Shown here piece after piece: positions 25,251 through 37,800 of a DNA stretch of 64,000 bases. The DNA is from Saccostrea echinata. Its lineage: Eukaryota. The stretch lies in assembly GCF_033153115.1 (NCBI RefSeq), contig NW_026889777.1, forward strand, positions 13,640,001 to 13,704,000, read 5' to 3'. Made by a program: the position numbers and the translations under genes. The notes below the pieces were generated by a model, which was not told the DNA's origin, ran no database searches, and saw only the letters and a list, made by a program, of their open reading frames with translations. The first letter of the stretch is position 1; the number at the start of each line of letters is the position of its first letter.

Positions 25251-28140
25251 GATATGGTCAAGTACATTTATTTCGAAAATCTTCCGCACGGTACGATAAT
25301 CAGTGTGTAGGATTCTACCTTTTATTAATGAATTGTCAATTACACATAAGTTTATATCACAGCAGGATTTTTTTTTTCATTTAAACTATCAGAGTACATG
25401 TAAAATCAAAGTTATTAGTCTACATACAGGGTGTTTCAGAAAACATGCAACTATTTTCATTAGTTACATTTTACTCGTGTTTCATCCAATACCATCCACC
25501 AACGTTAAATTAAAAGGTACAATTTCAAAATTTATTCTTGTAAAAATAAAATTAATCTGGCAAATAGATAATGAGTTACGAAAGAATAAAGAAAACCTTT
25601 AAAATTTCACCTAGTTACAAAATATGTTCTGAATAGGGTCATTTTTGCTGAATGAATAGATGTAATTGATGCAGGAAATTTCTGTATGTACATGTATTTG
25701 AAATTGGGAGTTCAAAATAAGCACATGTACTGTAATCGCCAACAAAAATAAATTTTAGATTTTTATTATCATGTTTTGTATATACATTGTATAAATCAAA
25801 CATCACATAGAAAATATATATTTACATACTTTATTGCAGGGGGAGATCCCAGTATTTTATATCTTTACTGGGTTATCACAAATATCACAAAATATTAACA
25901 ATCAGGCCTAATAAAAATAATCTTTTCCCTTGGACACCTTCCATTATCATCTATGGTATTCAGCCAAGAAATTCACACAATGAAACAATGAAAGATCAGT
26001 AAACATGTAAATCTAATTGGACACTTCATAGTTGAAGGAAAATTATTTCATTTAACATCAATATTATATCTATCATTTTTCTGTGGGGTCATTTTTTTCT
26101 GTCAATCACTTTGGGAAAACAATGGAGATTTTAGGCCTATGACCAGCTGGCACACATTAAAGACAATTTTTGCCCCCCCCCCCCTCCAAAAAAAAAATAA
26201 ATTATCCATTATAGAGTTAAAATCATTAATAAATCATTACATATGCATAATTATATATACTAACGGTACTTTTCAATAAAAAAGGACAATTTTTAGAAAA
26301 ATATACATTTTTGGGGCAACCATTTACTCTGAAAATACACAACTGACTAATTCAAACAGCACAGTGTGATAAGTTCAGGACACCTATGCTTAAATTGGAA
26401 TTCAAATACATGTACATGTGAATTGTACAAGTGAAAATATATATGGTAATACCATTGGTCCAAATATAATATTTCATCATTTAATCTAAAATCAATACAA
26501 AATAATTTGAGACAGAAACGAACACATATATGTTATCACAGGAAAAAAAAATTGAGAACAATTTAAACACATTCAAAGTGCCTCCCTTATTTAAAGAATC
26601 TGAGACTTCTGTTAAAAGAAGTTTGACAATTAGGAACATCATATGACTGTAAATTTCTGTGGCACCCAAGACTGAAGAGACCATTTTCCATCCACTTTCT
26701 TTGTTGGAAAATGTTTTTTTTTAATGTACCCAAGAAAAAGCATTAAAAAACTAGAAAATTTTGCTTTGAAATTGATAATTAATCTACACAATACATGTAA
26801 AAAAAAAAAAAAACCTATTTCCTTGAATGCATACACCTTGAAGTCCAATTGATAAAACTAATAATTTCCCTGTAATATATTTCTTTTACATTAAGTGATC
26901 ACAATAAATGACAAAACATTTCTCTGCATGTGTCAGTTTAGCACATTTCCTTAGTTTCCACTCCTCTGAATTTTCCTGCTTTCTATTACACGAGAGTTAC
27001 AACAAGGGAAGTACACGTAATATGAACATTTTTACAGAATTATTTTTACACTTTTATCAAAATATCTCATGAAAAAATTTTTCAAAAATCAATTATTTGT
27101 ATTCTGCATGGCCAAATAAATAGATGTACGAGTTTATAAATGTTTTAAAGTTTTGGTGTAGAAATACGAGGCAGCACATTAAAAAAGTATACCATGAAAA
27201 GCAGTTGAAAACAATATACACAGTAGCTACACATTTGTTCATGGCACATAAAGATTCAAAATCTCATTTAGCAAACAATTCATTTGATTATATTTTGTAC
27301 ATGCCATCTACAATTTTTCAATCAAAATTGTATAAATCATGAACATGGTCAAGAAAATTGCACTTCTATGAAACTTCCTTACAGGAATATGTTACCAATT
27401 CTTAAATGATTCTTACATTTACAATGTAAAAACAACTAATAAATATATGTTTTTGATAAATGTCACTTAATCAATTTATATGATAATTAAATTTTACTTT
27501 CAATGCAAAGACTAACTTATTAATCAAAACATGAGGACAACCTTGATTCTGCAGTGTATATTGTGAATCCCTATAAATATTGCTGATGGTTCTTGTGATT
27601 TTGATATTTAATTCAGTGTTTGCTAATTGATGGTTTTTCTTAAATAAAGGTACATGTATTATATATTAGAACATACATGTAAACCACAAAAATCAAATCT
27701 ACTGAATTAAAAATAAGCTATCGGTACTTATTATACTGTTTTGTTTAATGTAGGCACTGCAGTATTTCTACCAGGGTGATCAATGAACATTAATAATCAC
27801 AAAAGAAATGTGATGGCTTTTGACAAATTTCACTTGGTGACAATGCAGATAATATAAATTGTTACTGATGTACATGTGTACAGGAAAAAGAACCTCAATC
27901 ATGTAATGTACAAAAAGGAATATTATGCTATCAACCTGAGCTTTAGGATGTACAGTACAAGCAGCACTCTCTTTAAACCCTTGACAAACTTCACATACTT
28001 ATCATGTAAACACATGTACAATTTACATGTACTTCAATCACTTCCTAGAATTTAATAATATCGTTTTCTGGTGTATATTTCATAAAATATTAACTTTATT
28101 GCACATGCTGGAGAAAACCAAATTGTAAGGAAAAAATTGT

Positions 28141-28753
28141 TCAGTTTTCCATGGCTTCAAAGTCACAGGTCCATGACCGAGGAATGAGATAATCCAAAAA
28201 GTTGTCCTGGAAAGTATCAAGAATGAGTGTAAAGATTATCATAAAATATCCCCTCAGGTTGGTTTTATGTCCTTACTGTTATAATCATGAACAATTTCCT
28301 CAGTCTTGTACACCATTGAATTTCTTTGTGTTTTTGAGCCCCCCGCCCCTCCCCTCATTTTAACTGTTTAAGGAGTGGTAAAACTAACCGTATTCTCTGG
28401 ACACCTCTGTCGAGCATACCATTCTAGGCTGTACAAACACATCAACATTCCATTTCCCATGATCAACATCAGCCACAGAAACACATTCCAACCCCTACCC
28501 ACGCCTTTAAAGAAGATGAAGCCAACTGAAAACGAAAAGAAATCATTTTCGATCAAACATACATGTAAGTGAACATATGTACCACTGGAATATTTTGTAA
28601 TGATTATGTCAACAAGTACAGCTACCTTTAAAGATATAAAACAATATAGCAATAAAACATGTCTATAAAAAAACAGAACATAGACAGAATTTAAATATTT
28701 GGCCAATCAGTTATTTTTTCCTAGCTATAAATTGCCTAGAAAAATAATATTCA

Positions 28754-28812
<59 letters not shown>

Positions 28813-31800
28813 TCAAGTTTCAAGATGAAAAAAAATATCTTTGTGGTATGAAACTGGTATTAAATCAACAAATTGAGGAGAAAGGAAAGATAAAATTCAT
28901 CAAAGTTATATGTACATGTATGAGCAAAGTCAAAAACAGAAAAATTCAGGTGCCCAAAACTTTACTACACAATTGACTACACAATGCCAACAGTTGTATA
29001 TTCAGAATGAAGTCTCATACTTACACCCAGCTCCCATGAACATGACGAACAAGACGGGATAGAAAAACTTGAAGCACATGATCAACACGTACTCGTGGGC
29101 AACAGCCGAGATCAAAAACACACAAGCCATGGCAAGGGAACGATTGTTGGGGAAAAGCTGTGAATTATCAATTCAATTAATTATGTATTTATACATAATG
29201 TACAAAATACATATATGTACTTCAACAGTATTTTTAAATACTGTTGTACAATAGTTTCACATCTTTCACAGACTAAGGACTTCATTTTCTTAGTACATGT
29301 ACAAGTATATTACATGTACTTAAGCAAATGAGTGAATTTTATTCCTTAATGAATGCCTACATGTATATGAACACTATAAAATATACAAATTGAGTTTCAT
29401 TTTCTTGCCTTTCTCAGAAACCTAAATAAATGACTCATCTACATTCTGTATATTAATACTCTATATTCATGCGCGATCCTACATGTTAGATATTTGGTGA
29501 GTAGAAACTAAGACAGTTCTACTAGTTATCAACTACCCGGTATTAATTAATACAAGATGAATGGAAAAACTAACAACATATTTAGCAAATCATCAGTGTT
29601 TAAAAATTATCAATTTTAATAGAGTTTAGCAATTGTGGATAGAGATTACAAGGCTGTACAGATGACCTCAAATAAAATACATGTAAGATTAGTTTATACC
29701 CTAGTGTCTCTATAAAAAAAAATATAAATCAAAATAGGAAATACCTTGAAAGCATCCTTGTAGATGTAAGTGTACAACCAGTCATGTACAACAATATTCC
29801 AAGTCCTGTAGTAGCTAGCAAATGATGTGGAATTCCACCAGTCCTATGGAATTATATAAAATAAGCAAATATTTTAATAAAAGTAACAATTTCCATTAAT
29901 AAATTTTAAATAAAGCTATCTCCTGTAAATGATAGTTATCAAAAAAATGTTTAAAGGTAATTAATATAGATTGATGCTCATGGAATGTGTTAAAAAAAAT
30001 CTTTTCAGAATACAATTTGTATTTATGTGGTATACAACAATAAAAGTAACATAACTGATACACAGTGCAATGCTGAACAAACCTTGTAAAACATTCTGTC
30101 TGCAAAAGTCATCATTTCAGCAAAGGCATTAAACCAGGAATGAAGAATAGCAAAGAAACCTAGAACAAAATGGAAATGTTCAATTAATCTAAATATAAAC
30201 TAGATCATTACAGCCCTCATTTATACATGATTGTATAATCAGTCTGCTATTCATGTTCATATGTATAAAAAATTCAAAACTTCTATACTCCCATTTAAAC
30301 ATCACTTACCCAAAACTAAGACTAGAGTGGCAGGCAACATGGATCCAAACACTGACAGGATCAAAGCTTTGGCTGTTATGTGTTCACGGCCAAAGTTACG
30401 GAACACGGGCACTAGGAACCTCTCAAAGATGTAATATGTGTAGAACAGACAAGCAAGCACCTGTCCCAAGTTACTGACCACGTAACTCCAGCGAATCTTC
30501 TGTGTCCTGTAGAGTAGTCAATTATTTTTAATACATGTGTAACTAAGGAGGAGAAAAAAATGCAAATGACCATACTAGGATTAGAACCTAGGCCCCCTGA
30601 ATCAGTAGTCAAGTGTTCTACCAACTGAACTACATGGGCAATGGTTATCAAACCTGCCTGATCACTACACATGTTTTTGTTTCAATTCAGTTATTAAGAG
30701 GTAGAGAAAATGATGTAACTGTTGAACAATCTCTACTGTCTTTTACATTTATGGAATACTATTTTAGTTGTTGTCAAAAAATATCAATGAAATGACGCTA
30801 AGTACTAAATGGACATGTTCCTAACAGTGAAAAGGAAAATCTTTTGTTTTATTCAGAGAAATGTCTCTGTTGATTAAATATATGCTATGAATACTTCTCC
30901 AATTCAGGGCTCAAGCAGTAGCCTATTGTATATAGTCCTTGACTCATTTTATCAATATGTAATATTTGGTTATTCTTAAAAGAATTTGAAGAAATATTAT
31001 CTGAGTGTATATATATCACAGTTTATTTTCATTGCTGTTTTCAAAAGTAATTCCCAGAGACTAACCTGAAATTTGACACAGAGAGAACTAGTTTTTTTGA
31101 GTTAACATTTCTCATTTATTACCTTGGATACGCGTCCCTGTAGATAAGGGTTGGGAGGAATTACCTTGGATACGAGTCCCTGTAGACAAGGGTTGGGAGG
31201 AATTACCTTGGATATGAGTCCCTGTAGACAAGGGTTGGGAGGAATTACCTTGGATATGAGTCCCTGTAGACAAGGGTTGGGAGGAATTACCTTGGATACG
31301 AGTCCCTGTAGACAAGGGTTGGGAGGAATTACCTTTGATACGAGTCCCTGTAGACAAGGGTTGGGAGGAATTACCTTGGATATGAGTTCCTGTAGACAAG
31401 GGTTGAGATTACCTTGGATACGAGTCCCTGTAGACAAGAGTTGGGATGAAGAGGAAATACAGATACTTGGAGAAATCAGGACAAACGTGATCCTCAGAAC
31501 TATCATCTGTAAAACATACACAATGCTCCATACAAAGATTGTATCCATTGCAAATATATACAGGTATACAGAGATAATGAGGACCTTATTTTGAAGCAAA
31601 TCAATTGGGTATGAAATGCTTAATCACAATTTTTTTGGTCAAAAGAAAATTCCATATGAAAAAGAATTTTATTTAATGATTTTCAGCAATTTGTCCTCAA
31701 AAATCAGCATATATTTTTGCAATACCCAGAAGTAATATTAGCTACTTATAATGCAAAGAAAAGTAACTCTTACACTCTGATGCAGAATGAATTGTTGGCA

Positions 31801-34800
31801 ATTTTAATTTTAGCAATCTCAAGACTCATTAATAATGCCAATATTGAATCCTTGCTTGAAATTATAGGACAGAAAAAAAGTGAATGTTAGTGTACTACCT
31901 TTTTTGAATGCTAAAACTTTAGCGGCATTTTCTCTCACAAAAGCATGGACTTTCATCATCAATCTGATCTGAAATTGGCAAATTTGCTATTTATAGCATA
32001 ACCTCTCATCAAAATGTCAGGTCTACAAGGACAACTCATTTTAGGGAATGGTTTCACAAACATTTAGGTTACATAAAAGGGGACAGCACAAATAACAACT
32101 TGCACATTTTTCTAAAAATCTATATAATGTCCTTAGTGAATACACATTGTCAGATTCCTGATTCCTAAATCCATGCTAACAGATTTATTTTTTTCCCCTA
32201 CATGATATAGGTCTAACATATGAAGAATTTTCAAAGCCAAATCTATAGTTGACAATACAGAATGATGCTTTCTGTACTACATGTATACAGTACATAAGGT
32301 CATATACTTATATATCCAGGACCTTACAAGTATTAACAGAAATTATTTTTAAAAGCATTTTCATGTGTGTAAAAAAAAATTCTCGTTGTCATGAGAAAAC
32401 CCTTGCCTGTTCAGCTGTGACAATGATACTGGACCCTGGGGGTAAGGCATTGTCTGTGATGTACTTAACGGGCCACACAAGAAAAACCAGCTGATAGAGA
32501 ATGTAGACACATCCTGCAGCGATGTCATATCCACCTAAAAGGGAAAAAAAATTGTAAATCAATCAAAAATGATTGAAATTTCCTCCACTCAAATGACCTT
32601 CATTCTAAGTGTACTCATGTGAAATATCATGTCATTTTCACTGATACATGTACTATGGAATTTTGAGTGTTGCTGACAAACAAAATGATGGTGTCAGATA
32701 ATCTTAATGACCTAATGCACTGACCAATCTATGTGAAATTTTCTTCTTTTTTTCTTTTTCATTAGTAACATTTGGTTTGATGTGAAATGTACAGCATATG
32801 TCATTGTTTGAAAGTCACAAGTACAGTAAAACCTGTCTAATCCAGACACCAATTATTTCATAGAAATTTGCCAGATTACACAACATTCGGGATCAGACAA
32901 CATTTGTTTTACTGTATAAGCTCAAAATGTATTGAAATTCAAAGCTATTGATGAAAATGTACTTAAGATTCTAAGCCATACTAATGTAACAGTTGAACTG
33001 ATGACATGTACAGGTACTAAAGATTTCGGGTTATGTTATTATATAAATGGTGGGTGTGTCTGAACCACTCAAAATGTAACACTCTGTTTACTGACCCACT
33101 CTGCCTGGTTTTCTGTGCATTGACCAGTAGTAGAAGCCGGGGTAGACCACTAATAATGTAGACAAGGTCATGCTGACCCACAACTCCATGACTTTAGAGA
33201 ACTTTCCCATTCCATACTGTATCAGGTCAAAGCTGAGATTTAACCTACAACAGATTTCTGAGCTCTGTAAATTACACATTACAATATCAGCATATTTCAA
33301 ATAAGTTGACAATACAGATAACATATCAATATCCCTTTACATGACATTTTATTATTCGTATTGTTTATTGTAAAATATCATTATTTTTTGGTTTTTCAGT
33401 ATTTAAGATGTGTTCTGGCATCTACAATAAATTTTTGAACTTGACTATCTTAGTTCTTGCTGCAATTAATACTATAATATTACAGTCGAGTCTTTTTAAA
33501 GTATTTTACCAATTATACATGCATGCATGAATCTAACACTGTTAAACATAAACCACTGACTATCTGAATATGACTTACCTCCCTTCATTGATGAGATCAT
33601 ACACTAGAGTATTGAGACTGAACACAATCAAAATAGCCACAAAAATATGGTAGATGGTCTTCACATCTTTTATTCTAAACAAATCTCTGAAATATAAATC
33701 ATAATTTAACATTAACATCAATTGTCAAAAAAATTCTGTGTTTGCTTGATTTTTTCTCAATTGTTGTCTGTTTGATTAAATAGAATATAAGAACATAAAT
33801 TCACTTTTTTTTAAAAAAAATGTCAAAATTGAAAACAAAAAAACTCTTGTTTCCAAATTTGCCAGATTAGTCAACATTCAGGATTATGTGTACAGCGTTG
33901 TTAAAACTTGTTTTCTGAAAAGTACTACTGTAAAAGGGAAGATTTCAGAATACACAGTATCTGGATTAAACAGATTTTACTGTATACTTTTAACAAAAGT
34001 ATACATTGGTAAACAGAGGTCTTCATGGGATAACAATTTCATGTTACCCTTAAAAATCAATGCCATGGAATATTTTTTTGTTATACTGAATGTATTTAGA
34101 ATGAATTTAAAGTAAAATGTCAGTGTGAACCGTACTTGTCAACATTCTGCAAAGTTAACAATTTTTATACTGTTACCCATTGTCTTGCATTTTCAACTGT
34201 TGCTATGTAATGTTACCTGGAGGGTGTGGTTGATGCACAATGGTAAGGTAACAGTACTTTTTGGCAAATGTTTTTAAACCAATCAAATTTGACCTTTAAC
34301 GTGAAAGTTGCTATGAAAGTAAAACAAATAATACTTCTCATCAATTGACAGCAATATTAAATTTTGTAACATTCAGATCTTTAAAAAAGGTCTATCAACT
34401 ATGTGATTTTCAATTAAATATCTAAACTCTGAAGTGATATAATCTGATTTTCAATGAAAATTGTGAAAAATGTTGACAAAACAAGGATATGTCCTGAACG
34501 AATTAAAACAAGGTAATGCCCTGAATGAATTCTTTAAGTGGAGACTTGATGTATATCATGCTTTAAGGAAATCAGAAGTTTCCCCTACTTAGTGATATTA
34601 TTCAGATAAATTTCCATCCAAGTTACTAGTATTATATTGCTAAATCAGATTCTTTAGTATTAAAGATTTCAATCAGTGCTGGGGCGAGCTGAGTCATTAG
34701 AATGTCACTTCCTTTTTGATCTGTAACTTGTATAAAAACACAATGGTCAGATGATCCTACTTATTGTGTATATGTAGTGACATGTACAAACCAAAAGAAG

Positions 34801-37800
34801 GAAATAAACACTAGACAGTTTTCTCAATTTTAACTAATCATTTATGTAATGTAATATTATTTCTATATGTTTCAGGTATCAGTCATCCTTAGTTAATTAA
34901 AGAGTTACTCATTGGATGATGGTTATCATTTATGACTGATACCATATAACCGTCCTTCTGTATTAGCAAGAGATTTTTTTCCTACTTGTCTACTGCAAAA
35001 TGGGGATTCAATGGTTCCTGCAGAGAATAACTGATTATTGGACAGTTCAATTGATCTTTAATTACTAGTGACTGAAGTACAGTTGTGATATGAAACATTC
35101 CGTAATTTGATATTTGATTTATACAGACCTTTTAAGTTTTATTAATGCCTAAAAAACTTGTCCCCGGGGGAGGAGATAACTAATCATTTATGTAATGTAA
35201 TATTATTTCTATATGTTTCAGGTATCAGTCATCCTTAGTTAATTAAAGAGTTACTCATTGGATGATGGTTATCATTTAAATTTATATATACTTGTATACT
35301 TGAATGAAATACAAAATCTAAAAGGAAATGTTAAATATGAAAGCATTTGTTAGTTTGTTACCTCATATGTGTGTATGAATGCTTAAATGTTCAGGAACTT
35401 CAAGAATTAAAAAAAATAAAGCATAAATGATTAGAAGTATATTCAAATCATACATATTTCAAATGTAACATCAAATGGATTGATACATTTTTGACATAAG
35501 TCAATGTGACATAGGCAACACAGATTAAACAATATAAAATAATTTTTTACCCAATCAAATGATGCGTTACAACCAAAATTAAATTATATACATTATTGAA
35601 CCTTTGGGAGATACCTACGTTAACACTGAATTCCTGGGCATAAATTCCTTATCTGGAAGTTCACCTCCCTCCCTCTTCTTTTTGCTACAATGTACATATG
35701 ATATATGTATATTATATATTAATATTAATGCAATATATTACACAATTTTTTATTATCCTGGTACAAATTTAATATTTCTTAAAAATCTCTCCTAAATCTA
35801 CCATTGTAGAGGATCCCTGATTTTTCACCCATTTATAGTACTATATCATTCTAGCATGATAAACAAGTAAACATGCAGTCAATGCAATATAATTAACATT
35901 TCAACATGTCTTTTCAATACAAGTGCAACGTACTATAATGAAGAGCTACAAGTGTATAACTGAAATGAAATAAGAATGTACTAAATATTATAATGAAAAT
36001 GTTTATCATTCAAACTAAATATGTTCATGGCAGTTAATTTTTTACTATAGAGGACAGATTGAACAGTTAAATGCACAGTTCATATTAAAACTAATATAAA
36101 AATAGAAATGCACCTATTGTATGCTTATCCCTATGTATATTTATTTAACATGGTACATTGACATGAAAAGTAAACAATTGATGAAATACTAGATAGATAT
36201 GAAAATTCCCTTCATAAAAATGAGAGTGAAATTCTACCTATACAGACAGATAAGTCAATACAGACATCTGAAATTATCAACCTAATCTCTGTTGAGTCAC
36301 GTCATACGACATTGAATGTACAGGTACACGTACAGGTATTTCTTTCCTGTCAATGTGACTAAGATTATCACCCTCGTTAAAATCAGCAGTCTAACACCCT
36401 TTCGGACAGTAATATACCCTGTCAGGTATTAACCTACAAATGAGCTGCTGTCTACAGAAATATATCGGGTTGATTGACTGATAAATGGTTCCTAAGATTT
36501 TTTGATTTATGTCAATGAACTCTTGGTTATTTAAATACATTGCATCATCCTGGAGAATTGTCAGTGTCTTTAAACATTATAACATATAAAATTTGTCAAT
36601 ATATGAATTTATTTTAAAAGAAAACAATAGATTTTAGAGTAAATTTCTTCGCCGCTATAACATGTAACATGTAAATTTTTCATATTCATATTCGTAAATA
36701 GATGAACATCATTGGATATTTTAAGACTGCATAAAGCAAAAAAAAAAAAAAGTAATCTACAGATACTGAATCAGTTAATGCTGTTGAAATTGTTAGCTAT
36801 ATAAATGTATCTTAATGAACATGGGGTTAGAAAATTGGGATAATCATGATAAATAGTGATTTATTTTATGGTAAGTATAAGCATGGTAAGTTATAGAAAA
36901 TTCCACAGAGATGGACATGCAACTGTGGTATTTACCCCTTTTAACAGAATTAATATTATTATTAAATATTATATAATAACATCAATGCGGTGTATACATG
37001 ATACATACCAGTAATATGCATTTGTTTTTTTGTCCATTAAGATGTGCTTGTTAAATATAATTACAGTACAGTAAAACTCGTTTAGAATGAACACGGATAT
37101 AGCAAATTTACGGATATAGAGTTTTGCAACCCCCAGCGAAATTCTTAAAAATTCCTTGTAATATTTATGGATATAACGAACTCGGATATAGTGAATTTAC
37201 TGTTAAAGCGAACTGATTTTGTGTCCCCTAGAAGAAATTACGAAATTTACAACTCTAATAGCAAATTTTTCAAAGATCTAAATTTAGATCTTTGAAAAAT
37301 TTTGCTATTAAAGTTGTAAATTTCGCTATAACCGAGTTTTACTCTAACTCCTTACTAATTTTTAATTAAATATATATATAATTATTATACAATAATTAAC
37401 AATTCAATGATTTACATTAGCAATACCAATTAACAGTGGCCATCACCTGCTGCAAAATGAAAAAAAAGGAATCCATGTCTAACAAGTCTACTTGATTAAA
37501 AGTAATTCTAACATCATGCATTTAGGTTGGGAGGACTCAGGAGTAGTCTGAAGAATGAAAATTAATAAATAAATACAGGAAAATGAATTAATCAAACTCC
37601 CTCTTATTTGAAATTTACATATTATATAAAAATGTATGAAATGTTTCAAAGAAGTGCTACATACATTACATTTTCATGCCTTAAGTCTGAAACACTGTAA
37701 AAACAACAGAAATCAGGCATTATTCTGATATCTAGATCTATACAGTGGCTTCCATTTTATCGGATAGCGGTTTAACGAATATTTCGGCTATTTCAATATA

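Noticed and set aside
30570-30639. Functional tRNA gene
   Set aside because: Mutated T-loop/B box and unpaired acceptor stem, so a SINE head or pseudogene
31102-31599. 165-, 147- and 95-aa repetitive ORFs
   Set aside because: Off-frame or antisense readings of the 42-bp array. The real SOAT1 frame has a stop in each unit
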